A stretch of 38,179 nucleotides of DNA from Hydrurus foetidus (lineage: Eukaryota). Below the pieces are notes generated by a model, which searched no databases, had not been told where the DNA came from, and saw only the letters and a program-made list of their open reading frames with translations. Every line of letters starts with the position of its first letter. Position 1 is the stretch's first letter. The stretch lies in NCBI GenBank assembly GCA_900617105.1, contig UYFQ01000589.1, positions 1 to 38,179 of the forward strand. The letters run 5' to 3'. The position numbers and the translations under genes are program-made. Shown one piece after another: positions 8,995-22,819 of this stretch.

Positions 8995-11900
8995 TTACCA
9001 GTAGTCATCGTCACCCATCGAGCTACCTCCGTCAGAATCATCGTCACGCCTCCTTTTTTTCTTCGTTGAATCAGGGGGTTTCCTAAGAATTGAAGTACGC
9101 ACAAATGTAGAACAAATGAGAGTGCTGCTCAGATTGAACAGTTTATAGTGAGCGGATTGCAACGGATTTGAGTGGCTGCTTATTAGTTGTGTAGTACGAG
9201 ATGTTCAGAATAAAAAAAAGAAGAATGACATATAGTGAGGAAGAGAATGATTGGTAAAGGAAAAACGGAAAGAGTAGACGAAATTAATACGAATTGAAAT
9301 AAAAAATAAAATACTAATATGTGAGGCATTCCTACCAATTGAGATTGGCGAGTCTAACAGAGCGTAAGATGTCTTCTGTCCGTTGCAGCAACACTTCTTT
9401 AGTGGGAGGAGTCGTCTCCGCTGAATTTTATAGAACAGGAATGAAAATTTTAGAATACTCGTACGATGAGAAATACAACGATGTGTTGTGCATTTCTGTT
9501 TTGAACACAGTGGAAAATCTTCTGTGTGATGAAATTCAACGATATACAAAGGGACATTTCAAAAGTGTAACGCTCATGATGATCACATAGAGTGCAACAC
9601 TTTTGGCACTTACATTCAATGCGTCCTCCACTGTGCAACCAGTTCTTTTCATTGTGCAAAGAATCGCATTCTTGTATGCTATTACGAGTCGCATACCAAG
9701 TCACTGATAAGATTGAGAGCAGAGTGAGGAAGAAAAGCGAAAAATTTACGTCAGAAATTCAAACAGAATGAAGCGGTATGTGTGAGAGAAAGTGTTTGCG
9801 TAAGAGTAGCAGAAGAGAAAAAAGAAAGGAAATAGAATGCAGTAGCAGACACAAGTGGTGTGAGGCGATGATGAGGTCCTCCGCATTGTCGTCGAGTTGA
9901 GAACATGAACTGAAAGTATGCGAAATGAAATTAACCGGACACACCGGAAGTGGCTCCTTTTGACCGTGACAGCAAAGTGGGTTCGAGATAGTTGCTCCAA
10001 GCCCTTCGGGGGTAAATGGAGTAGAAGAAAAGAAAGAAGAGATTAAATAGAATGAAGGAACAACATTATCAGCAAAAGAGATAGCTGTTGTTGCTGGTTA
10101 ACAAATAGAATAGAGCTCAGTTATACTGTACGTCAAGAGTACCATACCGAAACAGTGTGGCACCAAAATCGCACATCAGCACAACACAATCGCTGCATCA
10201 ATGCAGCGCATCACAACGTACGGCATGAACGGTACGTATGCTTATACGTACTTCGCAAATGTGATATCAGCGTATAATAGAAGACAGAGCGCTTTCCTCT
10301 CTTCTGACGACCAAGCAGCCGACTGAGCGAGAACGGCTTTGTCTTGGCGACTGTAAGGAGGGCACGGTAAGATACGGTAAAATTAGACAGGGTAGGGCAA
10401 GATTCGATAAAACGCAATATGACGCAATTGCAAGACTCGTGAGAAGTCTGATAAATAAGTAAAATCGTGCAATAAATACTGATATTAAACTAAGAAGGAA
10501 TCAAGAACACCAGATGTGTACTGACACTTCACATGGAATAAGAGTACAGACTAATGAGTCGTTACCTGCTCCACACTGTTCCCACTGTAGCATCTTTCTT
10601 CAGTCGGAATGTTTTCGACTCCAATAATTCATTTTCTGTCAGGAACACTCCTCGAACCACGGGCCCTGATAAAAAATAAAAATGAAAATTAAGTATATAT
10701 AATGTTATTGCCGATTGAGCTAAGTACTGTTGTTGAGCAAATTTGTATCAATGTCGAGATTGAAAGTAAAGTCCGAATTTGATTAACTTTTCATGGAATA
10801 ATGGATGAATATCCGTATAAATGACACAAAAGAGTTCAATGATGATACAGTACGAAGAGACGTGACTCAGAACTCAATAAACCAAAGTACGGACAAAAAA
10901 AAATAGTAGTGGGTAACGTATTGCATAATTTAATGAAGAGTATGAAAAAATGACGTAAGACAGGAGCGAGTAAAAAATGGATATCCGGCATTTACTCACC
11001 AGCTTGTGGAGGTTCGATGACTTTTTTAGGAAACGCAGATCTGTCGGAGAGGTCGTGATCCGATGCTGGCAGAATCGAGGCCACACGCCATAACAGTCTC
11101 GTGGTGCAACCTAATCATGCATGTATGTTTTTGAGTGTATGTATGACGTGCTATATGTGAGATGCGGAAAATACTTTGTGTGACGAAACGTTACGTGGCA
11201 GTAAAGAGCAGAGCAGTGCAGTTCGGTGAAAGTGGATTACTGCAATAGAGAAATGCGATGCGACGCGCTCTGTCCTTGCAAGCAGTGATATCAACTAGAC
11301 TTAGATATCGCTTCTACGAATTACAGTGCCATTACGCATACACAGCCCATGTGATGAGTGACGTATTAGTATCAGAAGGCTTTGCAGTGACGTACCTAGA
11401 TCGTAGCTGAACTTTATCTCTTGTCCTGTCGTGAGATTCAAGCTGTCCAGTGGCACTGGCTCTGTCGGACAGCATGGTTTCTGTGTGATGTAGCACATGG
11501 CATAAGATATTTGATAACTACTTAATATTTGACTTGAATTTCATTTTATGTTCTGCAGATGTCAAAAGGACATTCTTAAAGAAACCACTTTTCTACTCTG
11601 TTCTGTCTGTAAAGATTTATCTGAACTTGTTCTGATTGAAGCATCCTTAGCTATAGATGGTGCTGAAATCTTTCTAGGAATGTTCCTCACCTGAGATCCG
11701 TCAAAAGCAGATTCCGGAAATGGTCCTATGTAGCTGCTTGACCGACCCATCTTGATAATCCACACGTGGGAATATATCGCTTCTTGCAGGCGATCGTCTA
11801 GGTAGTACTCAAACAGAGCTTCAACAACGCCATATAGAGTGCTTCGGGAGCTGAGAAATTGAATTGACACGGAGGCTGTCTGAGAAGATTCTTCGAAGAA

Positions 11901-12368
11901 ATCAATTTGAATTATGGACTCAGGAACTTTCTCCATCTCTTCAACGATTCCTGGGAAATTATTTAGCTCCGCTGATAAACTGTCATCGCCACTAGATGTC
12001 GCAATATTCGCCTCCGAAGGTAATCCCTGAGATGCGTCCGTTACCTCAAGGGCATGGGCGCCATTTTCGATACTGTGAGGTATATCTGCTGACGAGATAG
12101 CTGATACGCCGCTTGAAGGAGCTATGTCAGCCGCAACTGATTGACTCTGCAGCACGCTTGCTTTCTCGACGACGTCAAAATTTTCCTCAGAGCCATGGGG
12201 AATGTTTGATGGACGTATATATGGTTCACTCCTAAAGACTATCGGACCATTTGAAGCTGTATGTCCTGAAGAGTCGTTCTTTTGATCATCCAAATTAGCT
12301 GCAGTGGCTTCTATATTACGATTCCTATCAGCTAATACGGAGGTCAACGAGCTGGATGTCGATGACAT
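8995..12368 (-). CDS. 9-exon gene (about 464 aa): disordered N-terminus, pRiA4b ORF-3/MM3350-like domain, Myb/SANT-like repeat, NLS, acidic tail
   Basis: Phase-consistent GT-AG model: 12368-11691, 11480-11396, 11110-11000, 10665-10566, 10350-10252, 10003-9945, 9703-9614, 9420-9336, 9082-8995. Motifs STLYGVVEALF..SHVW, LDSLNLTTGQEIKFSYDLGCTT, WSSEERKAL..W..RSKGATSVTW, KKKRRR. Start codon tentative; domain names come from motif recognition only. Confidence 0.72.
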
Positions 12369-13725
12369 ATCTCGTATCTCTCAGACTTTAGTGACGAGCC
12401 AGGGTCGCCCAGATGACGATAGTGAGTGAAACGGAGGACTGTATGTGACTTTATCAGTTCCCAATGTATTGTAAATTGTAGTGTCATACTACGCTGCGAA
12501 GAGGGGTTCATGTCGTGAACATTCGACGTTGTCACCCCATCTGAACAATATCTTGCCCTTTCAAATGATGCTCCGTGCCCTTACAAAATTATCTTCAGAT
12601 TGAAGCAGCACTTTTCATCCGCACACGTTCATTGAAAAAATGGTGTGTTTTTGATTTTTCAAAACAAAAATACGCACAAAGCTATCTTGAACCCCAAAGG
12701 ATACACATCCTATGAACTTGTTACACCCGACATTTGCGATAGGAAAGTCCCCCCTCTCCCTCTCCCTCTCCCTCAAAGAATAGAAACTCATCATTCTCAT
12801 TGCACATCTGCAGTCGTAAGAAGAATGCAGCATCTGGCGTGAAGAGTTAGTGATTAGCTTAGTTTCCGTAGTGCAGTATACACTCGAACGCGATCAAATT
12901 GCTAAGAACCCAGATTTTATGATTTCTGACGGTCATCGTTACTCAGACCGTTTCTAAAGATCAGTTGTTATGTCAAACTTTACATCTTTTTTCCTTGGTG
13001 GTGTTGTTGTTTTTATTGAGATTGTGCGACATCTGTCATCCCACAGAGTAGTACGTAGCCGTCGAACTTAATTCTGTTAGATTTGACGGCAGATTCACTT
13101 AAACTATCCTGGTATGATATTCAAATTATTTGTAGCTCTGATAATGACCGCAAAGAGTGCACGTCCTCAAATTTATCAGCAGCTGTTGGTTTATCGTTCT
13201 CGACTCTCTACTGTCAATTCGCCAACACGAACCTCCGATCAAATAGATCCTTTTTATCAAGCTAAATGTGCATAAGTTTTTGCAGCTTCGTGAATTAAAT
13301 ACACCCTTTAAGTGTCTTGCAATCAATTTGCAAGCTAGATTATCTGTGTGTGCGCATGTTGGTAGCTATGGTCTGAGTCCAGCAGAATTTGTGCATTAGT
13401 AGTGGAACACAATTCTAGTAATCATCCACATTCTTAAATCTGCGATTAGGGGCGAGCATCTTCGACATTGACTTTACTTTAACCGTCAATCGCGGAGGAC
13501 ACTCACGGCTTCAGGCTCAGAGCATTAGACTCCAAAGGGCCCGATCATCCCTATGGGGATGCTGCGCTATATCCAACAGTTGCGGTGCAAGGATACGTTA
13601 GCAGAAGACTGCACTCGTAGCAGTAAAGTCTACTCAATATGCATTTTGACAAACTCATTGGAAAGGATCATAGTCTTCTAATCATCGTTTTTAAAAAGCC
13701 AAGGTGCTCGCAAGTTTGATCAAAA

Positions 13726-14906
13726 ATGGGAGAAGCCGATGCAACAGCTAAGGTTATAACAGAGGAGGAAGTTGCAAAGGTAGGATTAAGCTCAACAGTC
13801 CCTTAGGAATGATACTGCAATAAGAGGAATATGCTTTCCCGAAAGAGCAGCTTGCATCTTCAACATATCAATTGCTCTTACGCGTAGAATTCCTTTCAAA
13901 AGATCAAAAATGAAGTTTATACAATAATATGATATATGCAATAACCGTTCTCAGCACTCCACCGACGACGATTGCTGGCTCGTAATCGGCAACGACTCAA
14001 ATGGTAAACTGATGCCGTTTCTACCTGGAGATTCTCATATGGAAGATCCAGCGTTCACATCCTGCTTCCAGTATAGTTTGAGAACGCAACTAATGCTTTT
14101 TACTGAAAAAATTCCTCTATTTGATAAGGCGGAGCAATGGTTTATGATGTCACAAAGTACCTGAATGATCATCCCGGAGGACCAGAGATAATGATGGAAT
14201 TCGCAGGTAACCATTAAATCTTGGTGTTCATGAGGTCGAGTTCACAGCAGATCACGTTAAAATTGAAATTTAACTGATAAAAGTGGGCTAGCACTATCAA
14301 TACTGAAGAAAATCGAGAGCGTATAGGCCGGATAGCTTATTTTTTCCTCGAAAACCTCATGAGAATTGCATCTGCGCGTAACCTACTCGATCTCTCCGCT
14401 CTTGTAACAATTTTTGGATCGCAAAATGTTCGCTACACTAGGCAAAGATGCAGACGAAATGTACGAGGACATCGGACACTCCAACGAGGCAAGGAAGACC
14501 ATGAAGAAGTATCTCGTCGGAACATACGCGGTGCGTACGTCATAGACGTGTTATTTTTTATTTCAGCTGAGACGTAGGAATATTTCTTCTGTTACCGCTT
14601 CAAGTGGCCTCGGCTGCTGTTGTTGTTACCAATACTGTATCTTGTATTGTTTGCACCTCTCTTTCTTCCCTTGCCTGCTCCTCATTTTGTGGCGTCGCGA
14701 AGAATGGAGCAAGATCTCACTAGAAGCAATCTCTACTTCGATTCCTTTCCTCTGTCTTACAGGTTGATCCACTAAAACCAAAGAAAACCGTAGGGAAGAA
14801 GTTAGGAACTGACATGAAATCCGGAGGTGGCCTGAATCCTATCGCAATATTCGCTCTCTTAATCGCCATCGCGTGTGGTGTCTATTTCTCGCAGATGAAA
14901 AAATAA
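13726..14906 (+). CDS. CYB5: cytochrome b5, tail-anchored (5 exons)
   Basis: Exons 13726-13779, 13955-14003, 14129-14206, 14442-14530, 14763-14906 give [39 protein letters not shown]...AGKDADEMYEDIGHS and a hydrophobic C-terminal anchor. Not visible in the ORF track. Confidence 0.96.
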
Positions 14907-16202
14907 ATCTCATTCAGGCTCTTCATGCAGTCACGAATAGAGTTCTATTGAAGAGTTTGATGACAATATTTCCACCTCATTTTGTTAGATTTGACTTCGC
15001 AGAAATTTTAAACTCCGATATCACAGCAGTTATTGGAATAGGAAACAGAATAGATCTCTCATTCAACGATTACCAATACCTCAACTTCTTCTATTCTCTT
15101 CTCTTTCCCATCACATTCCATCCTACACTATACTACCCTTTTCCTCTCCCTCATTTCTTTTCATGACTAAGCACATTAACAGATGTAGAGCACTTGAAAT
15201 GCTATTTCAGCGTATATGGTGGCTTGAAGTAACTTAAGTGAATTAACATTGAAAAGATTTGCATCTCTCCATCAAAATTCGACAGTGTCGAAGTCAATGT
15301 AATGTGTTTGATGCATGACAGTGAAAGTGGCAGCTCAGAGTCTATTCAGATGGTGAATATCACGATAATGAGAGCTGTCTACTTTTCAAGTGGAGTGACA
15401 ATCACAGATCTGAAGTCCACCCTCCATCAAATCTATACGGAATAGACACATTCAAAATCGAACGTTCAGATCTTCACATAATTCGTACGTAAGTGGCCTA
15501 CCAACATCTCATGTACAATGTACAGAAAGTTTCTGAGATGCACGGTTCAATATCCCAGATGAAAAATCATTTGGTAATTCTTTCCTTCTAACTTTCTCAA
15601 TTCCGAATAACAACAAGCGTAACTGAGTGACACATTCGCTTAGTATTTCAAAAAAAAAAATCATGCACAGATTATGCAATTGTGTCATAGTGCAATTGCC
15701 CTGTGGCTTTCTTGAGAAAGGAACCCCTTAAAGATATTTCGGGATTTCGGACTTAAAATATTTCGAAGTTCGAAGCATGAAACGAGGGGATGCATGAAAT
15801 GAGTATATTTGGGTGGAACAAATATCTAATACGCACAACAGATCGATAATAGAGGAATTGAATCAATGTCTGAAAATACTACCGATTCGCTAAGATGTAA
15901 TGAATCATCGATAGGGTCCCAGCTCATCAAATTCTTCAAATCCAAAATTGAGATCACTTTTTAATAACGACCAAAGAACTATAGGACGAAACTCTCTGAT
16001 GGAGTAAGGTCGTTGTATTCTTCTGATTTCCAATTCCGTTCGGAAGTAAGAGCCGAGAAATTGTGATCACATTCAATGCAGAGCTAGGAGAGAGATAGCA
16101 TGCGCACTCACAGTGTTCCCTGACATTTCTGTCTATTTTGCAATTATTTTACAATTATTTTTAAAAGCAAGAAGATTTTGTTGGAAAATCTAGTTCCAAG
16201 AG

Positions 16203-16274
16203 GGAGTCTCCAAGATTAGTGGAGACTCCAAGATGAATGGAGACTCCACGACAAAAGGAGACTCCAAGAAGTTG
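16203..16274. repeat. four 18-bp-period units with palindromic core GGAG(A/T)CTCC
   Basis: GGAGTCTCCAAGATTAGT / GGAGACTCCAAGATGAAT / GGAGACTCCACGACAAAA / GGAGACTCCAAGAAGTTG. Confidence 0.85.
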
Positions 16275-16712
16275 ACTTATACTTTTTTTAAATACCGGAA
16301 TCAGGAAACCAGGAAGAACCGGATTTTCGATTTTCGTTGGGCAACATGACTTTCCTATCAAATAGGCCCCCCAAAAACTGAAGTTGTGTGACGGAGCGTA
16401 GAGCAAAGACTGCAAGAATAAGTGCAATGATATTGCAGGGAGACCCCCTAAATATTAGCTGTGACGTTTAGGACTGTCTTCTCTCCTAATTTTAGCCAAT
16501 TGAGTTGATGCCTTCTCATGAAGAGACTTCTCTGCACCTTCTCTGAAAAGGTAGGCTGGACAGGGGGACAAAGGGTGTCAAGTGAAAGGAGTCGTCGACA
16601 CGAAGATCTGGGAGGCGACTTCAGCAACAGCATGTGGAGGACAGTCTTGCACACCTCTGCTAACTGATACGGAAAGAAGCAGCAAGATCGTTAGCTTATA
16701 TTGAGAAATTCG

Positions 16713-19700
16713 ATGGCGAGGTCAAGTGCAGCGCAGACGGATTTCGAGGAACTTCGTTCCGATAATTGTCATCTAAATACGACTGTCTCAGAGCTGAGAT
16801 TAGAGATTGCGTATTATCAGGGAGAGACGAAGAGATTGGAATGGGAAAAAAACTTATTGAAACAGGACGTCAGCAAAATGTCAGCTCTTTTCAAAGGATG
16901 GCTGAGCGAGCTCCAGAACTCAAATACTAGGAGCGTCTTGGATGATTCTGACTTTTTTACAAATCTAGTAAAATATCCTTCAAAGAATATATCGGACGTA
17001 CTTCAAATGAGTGATGCGAAACTACTCATTACCACCTGCCAAGCCCCCTTTTATATTGAGGTACCGCATGCATCGTGATATCCTATTGCTTTTGTATATC
17101 CTTCATTCGGTGCGGTCTGAAAGACCTTTCAAGGATCGACTCACCTTACAATCATTGTGGCACCTGTAAAACCAAGACCATTAAAATGCCTTTGCATATC
17201 ATCACGTTCTCATTGCCACGAACCCATCTTCTGTTCCGCTGACCTTTTCCTATGCGGAACGCCATTCATCTCCTCAGTCACCTAGTGCCTTACGTGACTA
17301 CATTATTACAACTCCTAAGAAAAGCAATCACTTCTATCAATCCAATGGAGTACCGACAATGAATTAAATCATGATTCCCTCTACTTCACCACTTCCAGTA
17401 CACGAACAAAGCTTGGACTGAAGAATGTGGTTGGGATAGCCATGAAGTTATAGGATTGACTTGTGCATTTCTTCAAGGAGAGGTACGCACTTCTCTTGTC
17501 CAACATCTGAGTTTTCTTATTGAAACGTATTGACCGGCTGAATAGATAGTAACGTTGATGTCGAGAACAAAATGAATTTATCAGAAATGAAATCCGATCC
17601 CAATAATCGTATTCGTCGTTATTCTAATTCTTCGCAGTTGACCGATATTAAAACAGCTGCGGCTTTTACGAAAGACGTAAAAGAAGTTGGATATGGAAAC
17701 ATGAGAATAAATAATTACAGGAAAAACGGTGAAGTTTTTAATGCTTCAATAACGGTATTTCCAGTATACGATTCTGTGGTAACTGGCGAAGTACCCGTGT
17801 TAACACATTTCGCAACATTGATGAGTGACGTAAGGTAAGTCGTGACGCATATTTATTCGATCGCATGTATGCAAGTAACCTCATCATCTTCTTGCATTCT
17901 GTCTTTTCTTTCACATTCAATTACGCAGTCTTACTTCCCTTTGCTTCCTACATCATCAATGTCCTACACATCTCTCACTGACATCACCTAAATGCCCTCT
18001 CATTCTTCATTCCACTAACTTTCCATCTTATCCTTCCAATCAATTCTTCTTCACATAGGAACATAACTCTGAATGACATCGCTCAGTCCTCCGTTCCGTC
18101 TTCAGTTTCGAAAATATTGAACGGCAACATTACAGCAAGTTATAAAACTTCTTTTACAAATTGTATTTCTTCAAGTGCAGCAACTGAGGTACGATTATGT
18201 GACAAGAGGTAGTCGTAAGGAATGCCCTACCTTCCATGAATGAAAGTGTCGAGAACAATTCACAACTCTATGCAGTAAACTAACTTAACTTCACGACTTG
18301 TACTAGATTTCGCAAAAATTAAAAAGTAACTCAACAAATGCTACGACTACTTCATGACTCCTTCAATTCACGACCCGATCCTCAAGACTATTGAGCGCCA
18401 TCTACCATCATATCATCATCTCAATTCCATTCCCCGTGAATCCCTCTTTGACATTGAATCCCTCTTTGACATTGAATCCCTCTGCCGTCCCATCTAATTT
18501 TTCTGTACTAACACTATTTTTTGTAGACGCCAAGTCCAGACAGTTCCTCCGTCGAAATCCAGTCCCTACCCCAACAGCACCAACAGTCCTCCCCGCCACC
18601 CACACAGACACAGACACAGTACGTGTCACCCGTCATACCCGCCTCATTTAATTGGAGGGTGTGCGATAGAAGAGTTCAGAGTCGGAGGTTCGATGCTGAG
18701 TGCAGACTAACGGCAGAGGTGCGTACTGCCAAGGCGGAATACTGCAATAGTGAAATACCGAAATAGTAGAATATTACAATAATTAGGAGAATGCCACCTT
18801 ACAGCAGATTGTGATGTTCATGTGTACAGTTGCTGTGAGATATATGCACTGTATGAAGTACCTTATCTAAGTGCTTATTGATGATCTCTGAATGTGCATA
18901 TCGAAATATTGTATTACGAATAACATTACCCACTCTTACGTCTCCGTCACTATCAGAATTTCGAGAAGTCTGCAGCTGCAGTACGAATCTCAGATCTGCT
19001 ACGATTAATGCTCACATGCGTGGATGCAATGGTGCTCATGGATAAGTCCAGTAAAATAATTCACTGCAACAGACAGTGGGTAGAGTTAACTGGATATAAA
19101 TTGAGTGAAGTGGAGGGACTAGACTGCTCTGTGCTGCACGGGTCTATGACAGACCGTGCCGCAGTGATGCGGTGTGCAGCTCTAACAAAACAGAACAAAC
19201 CGTCTTCTATGAGCGTGGTTAACTATCGCAGAGACGGATCCATGTTTGTCAATCAAGTATCCACTTCACCAATACGAGGAGGATTTAAAACAAAAGGTGC
19301 GTGCGTCCGTCCATGTGCTGTGGAGTATGTGCCTTTATTACGCACCTATATCTCGTAACGTTCGCTAGCCCTATTTCCCTTCCTCATGCACGTCATCACA
19401 TTTCCCAATGCAGACGTCACACATTTTTGCTCCCTTCTATTACCGCAACGGCCGGAATTTACCGATTTCGAGGCACTGTTACGGCTTAATAATTCGTGTT
19501 TCAGAAGCAGCAAACGCGTGGGCTCATCAGGGGATGAGTCGCCTCTAAGTTCTTTAAATACTTCCAAGCGACAGATATGCGATGTGAATAGCTTTGACTG
19601 CGAGGGAAGCGACTCAGAAGATAACATTAGTCCGGGATTTAAAACTCCTAAAATGGATGAGTTGGATTACATTCGACCTGAAGGGGAAGATACGTACAGC

Positions 19701-19790
19701 CGTTGTCGATCTATTTCTCGATCTTATTCCAACTCTTCATCGTATGCTTGCATATCGCGGCTGACTAGTGAGAGTGAAAATGAGAAGTAA
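16713..19790 (+). CDS. coiled-coil protein with two LOV-like PAS domains (7 exons)
   Basis: Exons 16713-17060, 17399-17482, 17638-17834, 18059-18188, 18527-18718, 18957-19296, 19414-19790 join in frame. PAS1: YTNKAWTEECGW..EVIGLTCAFLQGELTD...NYRKNGEVF. PAS2: HCNRQWVELTGY..EVEGLDCSVLHGSMTD...NYRRDGSMFVN. Confidence 0.88.
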
Positions 19791-20774
19791 AGTGATTTTC
19801 GAGCAAAGCTGTTAGGTTGATTGAAGTTGAGATTGAAGGATAGAGGCCAAGGAACTTCACTTCGCTCTCTCTGTAAGACACTCCAGCCCTATTCTCATTG
19901 GACAATTGAAACAAATACAGTGAAATGTAATGAAATCGATTGAAGTCAGCGGTGAGATAACGGTATGTGGTACGTAACCTCACACGGGGTATTGCGTACT
20001 TACGACAGTACCTACAAGTCTTTCTTTTGCTCTCTGCATCTTCACCTAAGTATCTCAAGCGGCATCCCAATTACTAATCACGATGAATTAGAAAGAGCAT
20101 AAAGACTGTGGACAAACTTGCTCAATTTAAACCTCATTGTGAACTTCACAGTATAGTCTACATTTTTGATCGTCATGAATACCATACAAACCGACCTTTG
20201 TTTTTGTAAAAATGTAATGCTTATTAGAGAGCTGCAGGTATCAAAGTTTTAGTTTGATAAGTGTGCACTGCTGTAGAAGTAAGAATGATAATTCCCTTTG
20301 AAAGTTGACTGCACTGTGTTGCAGCCACTACATAATTAAGATTCCATTCCAGTCACACACAATTTTTCTTCACCCACGACGAGCACAGATGACTCGTGTG
20401 ATGATTATATTGAGCAGCTGTACAAAGAGCACATTCGTCATCAGCCTTTCTCTCCCACTGGTCCAGCAATGTGCACTGTACATAGTACACTTCATGCATG
20501 AAAAAAATGGTTTTCTGTACTGCACAGGACGCACGGACGACACTTCGCAGGTCAACGAAATCACGACACCTCGACCTCCCATAATGAAATACGACACTTT
20601 GATCAGGTCCACATGGTGGACTCGGAGCAATACCATTGCTGAAGTCAACGAGCACGCTGGCAACATGGTTGACGATACTGAATGCTGTCAAAGTCGACAA
20701 CTGTAGATTACACTAGCGGCGCAGTGATTTCTATCGAGATAAGGAGCGGACTAACCTGATTACAGAGTCTCGGG

Positions 20775-22819
20775 ATGGCTGCGAAAGACAGTCGAATCAA
20801 TATGCAGTCTATATTTGATGGGGAGAGGATTGCCCACAGAAAATTGGGGTCAGGGAGCTCCGAGGTTGTGAAAAAGCTTTCGTTCCAACTCGGATGTCAG
20901 AGTCAGGAGGAAGAAGTGCAGACGACAAGGAGCACTATGATGGACCAAGAGCTGCCCACTCATTCGTTGCTCACACACGCAGCAGTTGCAATCGCTGAGG
21001 AGTTAACCTTAAATAATATTGAAAACGTTGAGAGCAATGAAGTGGCGCAGACTGTTCCGATGCCACGTCATCAGTACAACAGAAGTCATCTTGTTCTTTC
21101 TGGTCAAATCGATAAGGAAGATATGGAGAAGGAAAACGAGTTGATATACGAATCCTTACGAAGTAGAAGGAGATATCAATTGTGGAGGGGAAATAACGTG
21201 TTCCTATGCTATGGGCGACTGATGTTGGGAGTGCACGTAGGGCATTTATCGCTCAGTGTTTCTTTGATAACAGGTCTACTTTATCACATGTTTCATGCTA
21301 TGACTTCTGTTTGTCAATACAGTCAATGCTGGAAGCTAGGGGATTTCTCGACGTAATTCTTTTCCAAACTCATAAAAAAATTCAATCTTTATTATGACAT
21401 TTTGTTTATCACACGATCGCACACACTCTTCCGCTGACTTTTCATATTCTGTGTAACTTCATGTCTATTACATCTTTATATCTACACAATGTAAACACCT
21501 CACTTCATTATCTATTCACAATTTTCTGTCCCTCAGTTTTCTCAAATTATCATTTGGGTTTTTCTCTTCATATCCATTTTTTCTATTACTTCCTATTTCT
21601 CAACTTTCATGGGTCTTTTTCTGTTTTTTTTCGCAGGAACGTGGGTGGTATTTATAATATTAATCGCGCCTTTCACTCAAGGGTATCAATCACACAGCAC
21701 GTTCATGGCGTTTTTCTTTTTCCTCACCAATTTGACATTATTGATTGCAACTGCAACAACTGAGCCCGGTATAATACCGTCAAAAAGATTACCAGGTATT
21801 TCACCAAAATGCATTAAGGACAGTATGACGTCTTATCTTGTGAGTAATGGTGTTGATTAATTGATTTTTGATCATTCATTGATTGGTGGAGTTGTGTTCC
21901 TGATTGTGTGACTTTTGCATCGCAGCAAATCAATTTTGAAATTAAATTTAATAAATCAATAAACAGTAAAGCATACGCTAATCTCGTACTAAATAACCGT
22001 ATCTATCAGGCTTGTCCCCGGTACCACTTCGAAAATGCTCCTCCCCCCAACACCAAATTTGCTCATCGTGCAACATCAGCAAACCGAAGAGAGCGAAACA
22101 TTGCAGACATTGTAACAATTGCGTGGAGGTATTTGACCACCACTGTCCGGTAAGATTTAGCCGTATTTACTGTATAATCTTTTATTTATTACAGCGCTAT
22201 TTCGAACTGTGATTTCGATAGATGTCATCGTCGGATAAAGGTGTTAGATTAATTAATAATGAAACGTACAATCCGTAATGACTTATCACATAACACAAAA
22301 TTTTATGTAAATTTTTGCTTCATTTCTGAATTTCACTTCATTTTTTATTTATCCATTTATCTCGTTTTCGTATTTCAATTATTCTCCCGCTCCATTTCTC
22401 CATTATTTCCGTATATTTCATAGTGGACTGGGACTTGCATTGGAATACGGAATTACGCCCATTTTTTCTGCTTTGTGGCCAGTGTGGTTGTGGGTGCATT
22501 TTACGTTTTAAGTACGAGTATTTATGTTTTGGTCGGGTGGGTCACAGGGCTGAAAAGCAATTCTCCGTATTTACGAGCTGTTGCTGTGACAGTCGGTCTA
22601 TCTTGGTCCCTCCTGCTGATTCTATTAGTTGGCATGCTATTCATGTTTCATATTTTTCTCATTATCAGAGGACAAACAACTTCCGAATTTTTACGGGGAG
22701 CACCCATACCGGATTCAACCGGATCGATGACGATTTCCTGCTGTAAAAGACAGCCAACAAAACTCCTGCCCATGTGGCAACTTTTCTCGTATGATGATTT
22801 GTCAGAAGATGTTACGTGA
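20775..22819 (+). CDS. DHHC palmitoyltransferase, Erf2/ZDHHC9-14-18-like (4 exons, about 397 aa)
   Basis: Exons 20775-21273, 21637-21795, 22010-22149, 22424-22819. Motifs [69 protein letters not shown], plus hydrophobic segments. Confidence 0.95.

Noticed and set aside
16203..16274. CRISPR-like repeat-spacer array
   Set aside because: Units are only 18 bp with 6-9 variable bases, there are no cas genes, and the context is eukaryotic.
18438..18483. 18-bp tandem repeat GAATCCCTCTTTGACATT (about 2.5 copies)
   Set aside because: Simple local duplication inside an intron.
16713..19790. Canonical aureochrome or phototropin
   Set aside because: No bZIP basic region or kinase domain seen, and the GRNCRFLQ motif and terminal Gln are not conserved.
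20305..20706. Three overlapping 98-133 aa ORFs between the PAS and DHHC genes
   Set aside because: No motifs or convincing splice model; likely chance ORFs in intergenic or promoter DNA.
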